Positions 8,405-18,402 of a stretch of DNA of 53,552 bases are shown here, piece after piece. The stretch is taken from contig JBNAUL010000001.1 of assembly GCA_049700835.1 (NCBI GenBank), positions 128,491 to 182,042 of the forward strand, written 5' to 3'. This DNA is from Candidatus Woesearchaeota archaeon (GTDB lineage: Archaea; Nanobdellota; Nanobdellia; Woesearchaeales; WAPY01). The position numbers were made by a program, and so were the translations under genes. Numbering within the stretch: position 1 is the stretch's first letter; every line of letters begins with the position of its first letter. The notes under the pieces are model-generated. The model was not told the origin of the DNA, did no database searches, and saw only the letters and a program-made list of their open reading frames with translations.

Positions 8405-10857
8405 TCTAAAACACCTTCTTTTTCAGCAATTCTCAAACGCATTTTGACAACACTGTCAGGGTTCAAAGAAATGCTGTCAATATTGTTTTCAACCAAAAAA
8501 TCTGCGAAATCAGGGAAATCGCTAGGGGCTTGACCGCATATTCCAATCTTTCTGTTAAAGGACTTTGCGGTTTTTATAACTTGCGATATCAATCTCTTAA
8601 CAGCTTCATTACGCTCATCGTAGATTGAACTTACGAGTTCAGAGTCCCTATCAAGTCCAAGTGTTAGTTGGGTTAAATCATTGCTGCCTATGCTGAATCC
8701 ATCAAATATTTCTGAAAACTTGTCAGCCAAAACAACATTGCTTGGAATCTCGCACATAACATAAACCTCTAAACCATTTTCGTGCTGTACCAAACCATTC
8801 TTAGCCATTTCCTCCAAGACCTTTTTTCCCTCTTCAACCGTTCTACAGAAAGGAATCATCACCTTAACATTTCTAAGCCCAAAAACATTTCTCACTTTTA
8901 ATATAGCCTTACATTCAAGAGCAAACGCGTCTTTAAAATTTGGAGAATAGTATCTTGAAGCACCTCTCCAGCCAATCATCGGGTTATCTTCTCTTGGCTC
9001 AAAAATATCTCCTCCCAACAGACCAGCATACTCGTTGGTTTTGAAATCAGAGAATCTCACGATGACATCCTTTGGATAAAAAGCAGCCGCAATCATTGCA
9101 ATACCCTCAGCAAGTTTGTCAATGAAAAATTCCCTTTTGTTTTCATAACCTTCTGTGAGTTCTAAAATTTTTTTTCTAACATCAAAATCGCTAACCTTTT
9201 CAAAGAATAACAGAGCATTTGGATGAACCTTTATGTAAGAATTTATTATAAATTCTTCCCTTGCAAGCCCAACCCCATCATTTGGCAAAAATGAAAGTTT
9301 AAACGCTTCTTCAGGATTTCCAACATTCATCATAACCTTTGTTCTTGTTTTTGGGATTTCATTGACATTAATCTTTTCAACTTTGTAATCCAAAATTCCT
9401 TCATAGACGAATCCTGTTTCTCCTTCAGCGCAACTTACTGTTACCTCAGAGTTCTGTTTTAGAATTTCAGTTGCATTTCCAGTTCCAACAATGCATGGAA
9501 CCCCAAGTTCTCTGCTTACAATAGCAGCGTGGCATGTTCTTCCGCCGCGGTTGGTTACTATTGCAGAAGCAATCTTCATTATTGGCTCCCAATCAGGATC
9601 TGTCATTTCTGTAACCAAAACATCACCCTTTCTGAATTGATTTATGTGATGAATATCCTTGATTACGCTAACTCTGCCAGAACCAATCTTATCTCCAACA
9701 CTCATTCCTTTGACAAGAATTTTTGCATTTCTTTTAGCATCAGGATTAATGATGTATTTTTTAATTATGCTATTGTTCCTTTGGGAAACAACTGTTTCAG
9801 GCCTTGCCTGAACTATGAACAACTGCCCATTGATTCCATCCTTTGCCCACTCAATATCCATGGGCTTGTAATAGCCAGCCTTTTCAGAATAATAATCTTC
9901 AATAATGCAGCCCCAATTTGCCAACGCCAATATTTCATCGTCGCTGAGGGCAAAATTTTTTCTATCTGCAGGATCAACAGGAACATTTTTTGTGTGTTTA
10001 TTGCCTTCCTGAGCATAAATCATCTTAATGTCCTTGGTGCCAAGTTTTTTAGAAATGATTGCTCTATAACCCTGTTTTAATGTTGGTTTAAAGACATAGT
10101 ATTGATCAGGATTAACTGCTCCTTGAACAATATTCTCACCTAAACCATAAGAAGCATTTATTAAAACAACATCTTTGAAACCAGATTCTGTGTCTATTGT
10201 GAACATAACGCCGCTACAAGCCTTGTCAGAACGAACCATCTTTTGAACTCCAACGCTCAAAGCAACCTTGAAGTGGTCAAATCCCTTATCAGCCCTGTAT
10301 GAAATAGCCCTGTTAGTGAATAAAGAAGCAAAACACTTCTTCACAGCTTCAAGCAACTCATCGTTGCCCCTAATGTTCAAGTATGTTTCTTGTTGGCCTG
10401 CAAAACTGGCATCAGGCAAGTCCTCTGCTGTTGCAGAACTCCTTACAGCAACATCAGGATTAGAACCGTATTGCAGTCCTAAATGATAGTATGCTTCCAA
10501 AATAGCATTCTTCAATTCCTCAGGCATCATTGCATTTCTTATCAAGTACCTTATCTCGTGCCCTACTCTTTGCAGCTGCTCAATATTCTTTGTGTCAAGA
10601 TTTTTAAGAAGTTCGTTAATCTTTTCCCTTATGCCAGCCTTTTCCAAAAAATAATAGTAAGCCCTTGCAGTTATTGCAAAACCATTAGGAACATTAATAC
10701 CTTTTTTTGTTAAATTAACATACATCTCTCCCAAAGAAGCGTTTTTCCCTCCTACAAGCCGGACATCTTCAATATTTACCTGGTCAAACCACAAGATAAA
10801 GGCATCGTCTTTCCACATAAAAGCATCAACTCTTTTTTGTTTTTCAGCAAAAAACAA
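8401..10857 (-). CDS. ppsA: Phosphoenolpyruvate synthase
   Basis: VGGKNASLGEM, AVRSSATAED, GGRTCHAAIVSRE phospho-His and SIGSNDLTQ; start may be the ATG at 10818. Confidence 0.97.
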   Translation of the reverse strand: MFFAEKQKRVDAFMWKDDAFILWFDQVNIEDVRLVGGKNASLGEMYVNLTKKGINVPNGFAITARAYYYFLEKAGIREKINELLKNLDTKNIEQLQRVGHEIRYLIRNAMMPEELKNAILEAYYHLGLQYGSNPDVAVRSSATAEDLPDASFAGQQETYLNIRGNDELLEAVKKCFASLFTNRAISYRADKGFDHFKVALSVGVQKMVRSDKACSGVMFTIDTESGFKDVVLINASYGLGENIVQGAVNPDQYYVFKPTLKQGYRAIISKKLGTKDIKMIYAQEGNKHTKNVPVDPADRKNFALSDDEILALANWGCIIEDYYSEKAGYYKPMDIEWAKDGINGQLFIVQARPETVVSQRNNSIIKKYIINPDAKRNAKILVKGMSVGDKIGSGRVSVIKDIHHINQFRKGDVLVTEMTDPDWEPIMKIASAIVTNRGGRTCHAAIVSRELGVPCIVGTGNATEILKQNSEVTVSCAEGETGFVYEGILDYKVEKINVNEIPKTRTKVMMNVGNPEEAFKLSFLPNDGVGLAREEFIINSYIKVHPNALLFFEKVSDFDVRKKILELTEGYENKREFFIDKLAEGIAMIAAAFYPKDVIVRFSDFKTNEYAGLLGGDIFEPREDNPMIGWRGASRYYSPNFKDAFALECKAILKVRNVFGLRNVKVMIPFCRTVEEGKKVLEEMAKNGLVQHENGLEVYVMCEIPSNVVLADKFSEIFDGFSIGSNDLTQLTLGLDRDSELVSSIYDERNEAVKRLISQVIKTAKSFNRKIGICGQAPSDFPDFADFLVENNIDSISLNPDSVVKMRLRIAEKEGVLD

Positions 10858-11161
10858 GATAAATTCAATACAAACACATCATAAAGTTTATTTCAGAAGG
10901 TTTATAAAAGTTTTTATTAACTCAGAAATTAAAAATAATTTTCTGAGTAGAAGAAGCAGGAGCAGAAAAACAATTTAAATATTCAAACAAGAAAATTGGA
11001 AGATTTACAAATGCAGCACGCTAAAATTGCATGTTAATTGCATATTCTTATTTTTTGTTATTTTTGCATGTTCTTTGCAGTGATTGAATTAAAAAGTTGA
11101 GGAACACCACACATTGGCTTGACTTGATTTTTCTATTTTTTGAATTTTTTGTTATTTATCT

Positions 11162-11965
11162 CTAAAGCCCATAACAAACGCTCTTTAACTTGCAGTATCT
11201 GCACTTGTTGTTGTTCATTATTCTTGGAGGTTTTTCAGAATTCAGCATCTCTTTAACATCTTCTATTGTTTTTTTTATCTTTAAATCAACAAAAGGATTA
11301 TAGCACACAGTTCTTTCTTCATTATAATCTAAATACTTGACAACAGCCCTTTTCACTTCAAAGTTCTTAGTTTTCTTGGTTAAAATCATGTATGCTTCAG
11401 CTTGTATTCTATGAGATTCCCAAACACCTTCAGAAGGCATTTTCCCTGTTTTGAACTCAACAGGAACAAACTCGTGTTCATATTCAAGAAGCCTGTCAAT
11501 TCTTCCGCAGAGTTGCAACTCAGCATCGATGACAGGAACCTCTGATTCAATTTTTGGGGTTAGATTATTCCACAGTTCTTTTCCTGTTAGTCCTGTTTTT
11601 AGCATGAAATTATAAATAACAGTGCTTCTCTCTTTTATGTCAGAGAGTATGCTGTTCCAAGTTAGTTTGTAAGCATCAACAAAACTTGTGTTGAACTCTT
11701 TCAACAAATCAGAGTTTTCTCTAATGATATTCAGTAGAATGTTTGAACTTTCAATCCTGAAAATTCTTTCTATGAAATCCTTGTCCATTCTGCTGATTTC
11801 GCACACAATTCTTTCCTGTTCTTTGTTGATAACATCAAAAGCTCTGTGCTTCAATCTGCCTATAGCAACCTCTTTGCTCAACGGCTCTTTTATCTTTAGC
11901 GTCTTTAGCAAAAATAGTTTTCTTGGGCAATACTCAAAACTTGCAAGTTCTGTTACATAGAGCAT
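11162..11965 (-). CDS. cas4: Solo Cas4-like PD-(D/E)xK nuclease with 4Fe-4S motif
   Basis: N-terminal YCPRK, GRID..PVEFKTG, QAEAY and C-terminal CRYC-x5-C; no cas operon or array nearby. Confidence 0.85.
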   Translation of the reverse strand: MLYVTELASFEYCPRKLFLLKTLKIKEPLSKEVAIGRLKHRAFDVINKEQERIVCEISRMDKDFIERIFRIESSNILLNIIRENSDLLKEFNTSFVDAYKLTWNSILSDIKERSTVIYNFMLKTGLTGKELWNNLTPKIESEVPVIDAELQLCGRIDRLLEYEHEFVPVEFKTGKMPSEGVWESHRIQAEAYMILTKKTKNFEVKRAVVKYLDYNEERTVCYNPFVDLKIKKTIEDVKEMLNSEKPPRIMNNNKCRYCKLKSVCYGL

Positions 11966-12043
11966 GTTAAAAAACCAAGATTTCTTTTTTAAATATATTT
12001 TGTTTGGTTTTGTCCTGTGATTTTTTTCGGATTTTTAGAAAAA

Positions 12044-13954
12044 TCAGCAGAGCTTTTCTGCCAAATTATTTCTTTTATTGCTTCTTTTCAAAAGAATCAC
12101 TCTTGGCTTGTTCTCAGATTCCAAGGCGTTTATTATTACATCATTATTTAATCCCTCGTTATAGGCCTTGACAAAGAAGCCATAAACGATTTTTTCTTTG
12201 TCCTTTAAAATATCAGTGATGTCCAATAAATATTCTCCGTTTCTGTCAATAAAAACATCGTAAGGAATATTGTAAGTTTTTGGCATAAGGACAAAATTTG
12301 CATACTTTGAATTGAAATCAGCGCTTATTGGATAAAACCTTATCTGAGAAATTTTGCTGAAATTGAGAACATTAAACCTTAATTTTGCGCTCACAAAATT
12401 ATCTTCAATAGGCTTTAATTTTATAACGCTTCTCAAAACTCCGCCAGAGTTTCCTACATGCAAATCTATTCTGTCGTTGTTTGTTATTGAAGGATTGGCT
12501 TCATAGACAAAGAAATCGTCTGTTGGGTAAAAAACATCAACATCAAAGTAATCGTAAAATACATTCTTTTCAAATTTTACCTTTGCTGTTTTCTCAAAAA
12601 CAAACTCCCTTGAACCCAAATAATTGTAAGGTGCATAAACTATTAGAGCATTTAATTCTTTGCCGAAAACAGAGCAAAAATCATCATTATAAAAAATTAG
12701 GTTTCCTGTTTCATCAGGATTTAAAATCAAATTCTTTTCCAACGAATTAAAAGTATAATTTTTTTTATCATAAAAAAACAGCACCTGCTTAATCTCAATT
12801 GGAATTTCTCCAGAATTTTTTAATTTTAATTCCAGAAAAACTCTTAGGTTGTTAAAGTATTTTTCAGTTCCTATTAAATCTAAATTAACAAGCTTTTTTA
12901 AAGCATCCTCTTCACTCTTAAAATTGTAGCCAGGTAATTTTTTTTCTGAAAATTCCTCTAAGTTTGTAATATTCACAAAATTAAAACCAGGATTTTCAAT
13001 AACAACGCTCTTCAATTCATTGCTATGATAGATTAGGGCTTCAGAACCAACACCAAATTCCTTTTTTAATTCTTCATCCCCAAAAATTAAAACAGGTTTT
13101 GAAAAACTTAATCCTGAAGAATATTTTCTAAAGTGTATTGCAGAACACCAAAGTCCGTTTTCAAGTTTGCACAAAATATTGTAGCCGTATTGTTTTTCTT
13201 TAGAATTTGGCCTGGTTATGTTGTAGAATGATATTTCAAACAAATCGCTAAAAAAATCCTCCTCGCTCCTGAAAATCTTATTTTCCAAAAAACACTTGTC
13301 TAAACAATCAACATAACTTTCAACTAATGAAGAGTTTTGGGTTGTGTTGTACTTGCTGTAGCAAAAAGAATAGCATTTCTCTTTTTTGCTTTCATTCTCA
13401 ACTTGGAGCAGATACAACATCTTTCCAGGTTCTTCGTTACACTCATCATTAGGATTTATAAAAGTGCATCTTTGTTCATAGCTTTCAAGCTCAAACCACT
13501 TGCAGCAAACATACCTAATAGAAGTTTCCTTTGGTAGTTTTGAAGTATAACCATTCATAAAATCCTCAAAAAGATGAAACAATTCATTGTTTACTATCAG
13601 TTTTGGGCTGCTAATTGAACCGCCATTGAAATACCACTCTCCGTCAAAACTGTTGTTGTCCTCATAATCCCATTCATAGTGATCGTCTTTTACATTATTT
13701 AAAGCAATGCTGTTGTCTTTCAAAACATTTCCATATTTGTCTGTTAAAACATGATTTCCAAAAATCTTTATGTCAACATTGCTCCAACTCCAAGCAGAAA
13801 AAAAATTAACATTCTTTTCAAGCGCTGCGAATGACGGCTTGATTAAAAACAAGATTAAAAAAATGATGCAAAAAATTTTTTTTAACGAAATTTTATTTAT
13901 ATACTTAATATCATTAATGTTATTCTTAATGTTATTCTTCTTAATGTTATTCAT
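12044..13954 (-). CDS. Secreted Cys-rich protein with probable C-terminal DNRLRE-like beta domain
   Basis: Signal peptide (hydrophobic stretch ending PSFAA); C-terminal DFFVYEANP..LHVG..RSVIK..DITDI..PRVIL pattern. Confidence 0.55.
   Translation of the reverse strand: MNNIKKNNIKNNINDIKYINKISLKKIFCIIFLILFLIKPSFAALEKNVNFFSAWSWSNVDIKIFGNHVLTDKYGNVLKDNSIALNNVKDDHYEWDYEDNNSFDGEWYFNGGSISSPKLIVNNELFHLFEDFMNGYTSKLPKETSIRYVCCKWFELESYEQRCTFINPNDECNEEPGKMLYLLQVENESKKEKCYSFCYSKYNTTQNSSLVESYVDCLDKCFLENKIFRSEEDFFSDLFEISFYNITRPNSKEKQYGYNILCKLENGLWCSAIHFRKYSSGLSFSKPVLIFGDEELKKEFGVGSEALIYHSNELKSVVIENPGFNFVNITNLEEFSEKKLPGYNFKSEEDALKKLVNLDLIGTEKYFNNLRVFLELKLKNSGEIPIEIKQVLFFYDKKNYTFNSLEKNLILNPDETGNLIFYNDDFCSVFGKELNALIVYAPYNYLGSREFVFEKTAKVKFEKNVFYDYFDVDVFYPTDDFFVYEANPSITNNDRIDLHVGNSGGVLRSVIKLKPIEDNFVSAKLRFNVLNFSKISQIRFYPISADFNSKYANFVLMPKTYNIPYDVFIDRNGEYLLDITDILKDKEKIVYGFFVKAYNEGLNNDVIINALESENKPRVILLKRSNKRNNLAEKLC
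13916..13953. repeat. Short tandem repeat (AATGTTATTC-type units x3) encoding the NNIK repeat
   Basis: aatgttattc occurs three times. Confidence 0.6.
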
Positions 13955-14371
13955 ATCATACTAAATAAATCAAATAGTATTTAAAAATTACTCTTTTTGG
14001 AAACCGCATCTACAACAGTAGAAATTATAATATTCTTCTAGACTGAAGTTTTTGCTTTATTTAAATATCTTAGAGGGTTTCTCTTACTACTCACATTTAC
14101 TGGATTTGAGAACCAAAAAGGGTTTTTCATAATGTCCTTAAATCTTTTTATTTAAATAAAATCTATGTTTTTATTTTTTATAGTTTTTATGTGCGCAAGA
14201 TAAATGTGTAAAAATATTAGATATTAAATGCGTTAAAAATTCAATTGGTGTTGTGCATTTTAATTACTTGCTTTTTTGAGTTAATTCAAGCATTTGAAAT
14301 TTAAAATACATGGTCTATAAGCAAAATCCAAACTAAAAATTTAAATATGAACACACAATATCTTTTCTAAA

Positions 14372-15433
14372 ATGAATGTTGAAGAGAGATTAAATCTTAT
14401 AAAGCAGGTTGGGGAAGAAATAATAACAGAAGAAGAACTAAAAAGGATTCTTGAAGAAAAAAAAACTCTTGTTGCTTATGACGGATTTGAGCCAAGCGGA
14501 ATAATGCACATAGCACAAGGTCTGATGAGGGTTATAAACATAAACAAGATGATAAGTGCTGGATGCAAGTTTAACATCCTTGTGGCTGATTGGCATGCTT
14601 GGGCAAACAATAAGTTTAATGGCGATCTTGAAAAAATTCAAAGAGCAGGAGAATTGATGATTGAAACTTGGAAAGCATGTGGCTTGAAAACAGAGAGCGT
14701 AAGCTTTGTTTGGGCCAACGAATTAATCTCCAAACCAGATTATTGGAAAAAGGTCATGAGAATAGCAACAAATTCAACGCTGAAGAGAATAGTAAGGTGC
14801 GGGCAAATAATGGGAAGGAAAGAGGATGAAGTGCTCAAAGCATCTCAGATATTATATCCTTGCATGCAGGCAGCAGACATATTTGAGTTAGATGTTGATA
14901 TCTGTCAGTTGGGGCTTGATCAGAGAAAGGTAAATATTCTTGCAAGAGAGCTCGCTCCAAAACTCGGTTACAAAAAACCTGTTGCAGTTCATCACCACAT
15001 GCTTTTAGGATTGCAAACAAAAAAAGTAGAATCGAAGGATAAGATAGAACAAGTTATTGAACTCAAGATGTCAAAGTCAAAGCCAGAAACAGCGATATTC
15101 ATGACAGACGATGAAAAAACAGTTTTTGATAAAATGATGAAGGCTTATTGTCCTGAAAAAATCATTGAGAACAATCCTGTTATTGAATATTGCAAGTATA
15201 TAATATTTGAAAAGTATGAGAAAATAATAATTCAAAGGTCAGAAAAATATGGGGGAAACTTGGAAGTAAATTATAAAGAATTGGTTGAGAAGTATTCAAA
15301 AGGAGAAATCCACCCTTTGGACTTGAAAAGAGCAGTTGCTGAGTGCATAAACGAAATGCTTGTTTCAATAAGAACTCATTTTGAAAAAAACAGGAGAGCA
15401 AGAGAACTTCTTGAAGAGGTAAGCAAATATTAA
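14372..15433 (+). CDS. tyrS: Tyrosine--tRNA ligase
   Basis: YDGFEPSG..HIAQG, YPCMQAAD, QLGLDQRK, KMSKS and HPLDLK motifs. Confidence 0.97.
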   Translation: MNVEERLNLIKQVGEEIITEEELKRILEEKKTLVAYDGFEPSGIMHIAQGLMRVININKMISAGCKFNILVADWHAWANNKFNGDLEKIQRAGELMIETWKACGLKTESVSFVWANELISKPDYWKKVMRIATNSTLKRIVRCGQIMGRKEDEVLKASQILYPCMQAADIFELDVDICQLGLDQRKVNILARELAPKLGYKKPVAVHHHMLLGLQTKKVESKDKIEQVIELKMSKSKPETAIFMTDDEKTVFDKMMKAYCPEKIIENNPVIEYCKYIIFEKYEKIIIQRSEKYGGNLEVNYKELVEKYSKGEIHPLDLKRAVAECINEMLVSIRTHFEKNRRARELLEEVSKY

Positions 15434-15568
15434 GCATATAGTCATAGGGTAAAAAGCTAAAGAGCAGAACCAAAGAATGTTTTGTTTTATGCTGAATTTT
15501 TTTGTGAATTTGAAGAAACAATCAAAATAAATAAATATTAGTTGCAATTCCAAAAAACAATCGGTAAA

Positions 15569-16969
15569 ATGAATTTTGAAGAAGCAGCAGAATTTGCATT
15601 GGAATATGCGTTGAAAAAGAAAGTGGAATATGCAGATGTTAGGGCTGAGGAAAGATTTTCAGAGCACTATGCAATAAACAACGGAATATTGAGCAATGCA
15701 GTTTCAAGCCAAGAATCAGGAATAGGAGTAAGGTTATTTAAGAAAACCTTTGCTTTTTTTTCAACGAACAAGCTTGAAAAGCAAAACATAAAGAAGTTGA
15801 TTGATTCTGCACTGAGAGGGCTTGACAGAACAACTGAAAAACAAGAGATAAAAATTGGAAACTATCCTGCGCACAAGAAGAGTTATTCTGCCAAAGAGAG
15901 AATAAAAATTTTGAATTTGAATGTCAAAGAAAAGATAAATTGCCTTGAAGAGGTTGAAGAGCATACAAAGGATGTTGCTTTGAACAGATTCTATTCCTTA
16001 AGCGATTCTTTAGTGAGAAAATTATTTTTGAATTCAGAAGGAGCAAGAATAAGGAGTTATATTCCGAGAGTATCATTTTATTACATAATTACAATATCAG
16101 AAAACAGTAAGACTGCTCAGCACTTTTGGCAGTATGGTGCAAGTTCTGGTTATGAGGCATTTAACAGATGGAATTTGAAAACCGAGATAAGAAACCTTGC
16201 ATTGGCATTGAAAGCAAACTTAAGATATGGTAAAAAAATAAAGAAAGGAATAATGGATGTTGTTGTTGCTCCTCAGGTAACAGGAATTATTGTTCATGAA
16301 AGCTGCGGCCACCCTTACGAAGCAGACCGAATTTTGGGAAGGGAAGCAGCGCAGGCAGGAGAGTCGTTTGTTAAAAGAGAAATGCTTGGAACTAGAATTG
16401 GAAGCGTCGCTGCAAACATTGCTGATGATCCTACAATAAAGAACAGTTTTGGATTTTTTCTTTATGATGATGAAGGAGTAAAGGCAAGAAGAAAGATCTT
16501 GATGAAAAATGGCTTAATCAACGAGTTCCTGCATAACAAGGAATCTGCTTCTCTTTTCAACACAAAAAGCAACGGGAGCGCAAGGAGCAAGACATTTGAG
16601 CACGAACCAATAGTCAGAATGTCAAACACATTCATGATCCCAGGAGATTATAAAGAGGAAGAACTGATTGAAGGAGTGAAAAATGGAGTTTACATAAAGA
16701 ATTTTATGGAATGGAATATTGACGACAGGAGATTGAATCAAAAGTATGTTGGGGCAGAAGCATACATGATTAAAAATGGAAAAATAACAACTCCTGTTAG
16801 AAATCCAATTTTGGAAATAATAACCCCTGAACTTTACAGCAAGATTGACGCTGTTGCTGACAACATTGAGTTTCATGCAGGAAGTTGCGGTAAGGGAGAA
16901 CCAATGCAGGCAATACCTGTGTGGTTTGGAGGTCCAAGTTTCAGGATAAGAAACCTGCTGATAAAATAA
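15569..16969 (+). CDS. tldD: TldD metalloprotease
   Basis: HESCGH, DDEGV, RMSNT and C-terminal CGK motifs. Confidence 0.93.
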   Translation: MNFEEAAEFALEYALKKKVEYADVRAEERFSEHYAINNGILSNAVSSQESGIGVRLFKKTFAFFSTNKLEKQNIKKLIDSALRGLDRTTEKQEIKIGNYPAHKKSYSAKERIKILNLNVKEKINCLEEVEEHTKDVALNRFYSLSDSLVRKLFLNSEGARIRSYIPRVSFYYIITISENSKTAQHFWQYGASSGYEAFNRWNLKTEIRNLALALKANLRYGKKIKKGIMDVVVAPQVTGIIVHESCGHPYEADRILGREAAQAGESFVKREMLGTRIGSVAANIADDPTIKNSFGFFLYDDEGVKARRKILMKNGLINEFLHNKESASLFNTKSNGSARSKTFEHEPIVRMSNTFMIPGDYKEEELIEGVKNGVYIKNFMEWNIDDRRLNQKYVGAEAYMIKNGKITTPVRNPILEIITPELYSKIDAVADNIEFHAGSCGKGEPMQAIPVWFGGPSFRIRNLLIK

Positions 16970-17018
16970 ATCAGTAAATAAATGAAAAACGCAAAATAAA
17001 AAATACAAGGGAGATTTT

Positions 17019-18335
17019 ATGGAGTTAATAAACTATCTCATAAAAAGATTGGAAGAAATAAATGCAACAGACATAATAGTTCATTACACAAAAGCAAGAA
17101 CAAAGCACATAAAGTTTTACAATTCAAAGATAGGAATAATAAATGAATTTGATGATGAAAGCATAAATTTGTTTTTGGCCTTCAAGAAAAGAATACTAAT
17201 CACTGATTTAAAAGAAATGTCAAAGAAAGGAATTGAAAAAAAGATAAAGAAGATAAAGAGCATTGTAAAATTTATACCTGAAAAACAGGATTATTTTGGG
17301 ATAGCAGAAGGAAATTTCAAGTACAGAAAGCAAAATGGTTTATACAACAAGGAAGTTGAAAATTCTGAACTCTCAATAAGAATTGCAGAGGAATCAATAA
17401 ATTCTGCTCTTAATCAAGGCGCTCAAAGAATTGCAGGAGTGATTGAAAGTTCTACAATAGAAAAGCGGGTTATAAGCAACAAAGGAGTAAATGCTTCTCA
17501 AAGAGAAACAATAACTTATCTTTCAATAAGGAGTTTGATAAAGAATGCTTCTGGACACTCAACATCAATAGCAAGGGATTTTAAGAGTTTAAAATACAAT
17601 GAGAAATCAGCAGAATCAGCAGAGATTGCACTCCAAGGACTGAAAAAGGAAAAGATAAGAATTGGAAAGTATGATGTTATATATTATCCTTTGTCATCTT
17701 CTTCAATAATTGAGAGCATAGGTGAGGCATCATCAATATTCAATCTTGAAACAGGAACCTCTTGCTTCAAAGGAATGATAAATAAGAGGGTTGGAAACAG
17801 CATTGTAACCTTAGTTGATAATCCGCTTCAAAATTCAATTCCTGGTTCAACTGTATTTGACGATGAAGGGGTTCCAACGCAAAAGAACACTATTATAGAG
17901 AATGGAATCTTTAAGAAGTTCTTGCACAACACATCAACAGCAAGAAAGTACAAAACAAGAACAACTGCAAACGCAGGGCTTATAAGTCCAGAACCTCATT
18001 TGTTGAGTTTGAAAGCAGGGGATTCTAATCTTGAAGAAATTATAGGAACAACAAAAAACGGGCTCATAGTAACAAATACATGGTACACAAGGTTTCAAAA
18101 CTATGCAACAGGAGATTTTTCGACAATACCAAGAGACACCATAATGGTTGTGAAAAACAAGAGCATAAGTGGTTCAACATACGGCATAAGAATAAACGAT
18201 AATCTGATAAGAATGATGAAAAACATCACACTTATAGGAAGAACAGCACTGCCAATATCAGGATGGGAAACAAGCGGGGTTTTAGTGCTTCCAATATTCA
18301 AAGTTAAGGATGTTTTAATAACAAGGCCAAAATAA
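17019..18335 (+). CDS. pmbA: TldE/PmbA family protein
   Basis: FDDEGVP, TTANA and TGDFS motifs; lacks HExxxH; follows tldD. Confidence 0.88.
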   Translation: MELINYLIKRLEEINATDIIVHYTKARTKHIKFYNSKIGIINEFDDESINLFLAFKKRILITDLKEMSKKGIEKKIKKIKSIVKFIPEKQDYFGIAEGNFKYRKQNGLYNKEVENSELSIRIAEESINSALNQGAQRIAGVIESSTIEKRVISNKGVNASQRETITYLSIRSLIKNASGHSTSIARDFKSLKYNEKSAESAEIALQGLKKEKIRIGKYDVIYYPLSSSSIIESIGEASSIFNLETGTSCFKGMINKRVGNSIVTLVDNPLQNSIPGSTVFDDEGVPTQKNTIIENGIFKKFLHNTSTARKYKTRTTANAGLISPEPHLLSLKAGDSNLEEIIGTTKNGLIVTNTWYTRFQNYATGDFSTIPRDTIMVVKNKSISGSTYGIRINDNLIRMMKNITLIGRTALPISGWETSGVLVLPIFKVKDVLITRPK

Positions 18336-18402
18336 AATTTTATGCAAATGTTTTATTTTTAAATTAAATGAAAAGAATTAAAAACTGCATAAACATATCC
18401 AT

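Noticed and set aside
10921..10947. CTCAGAAA/TTTCTGAG inverted repeat upstream of ppsA
   Set aside because: A single 8-bp repeat in AT-rich DNA; it could be an operator but is unsupported
10858..14371. CRISPR array near cas4
   Set aside because: No regularly spaced repeats seen in the flanking intergenic regions or elsewhere
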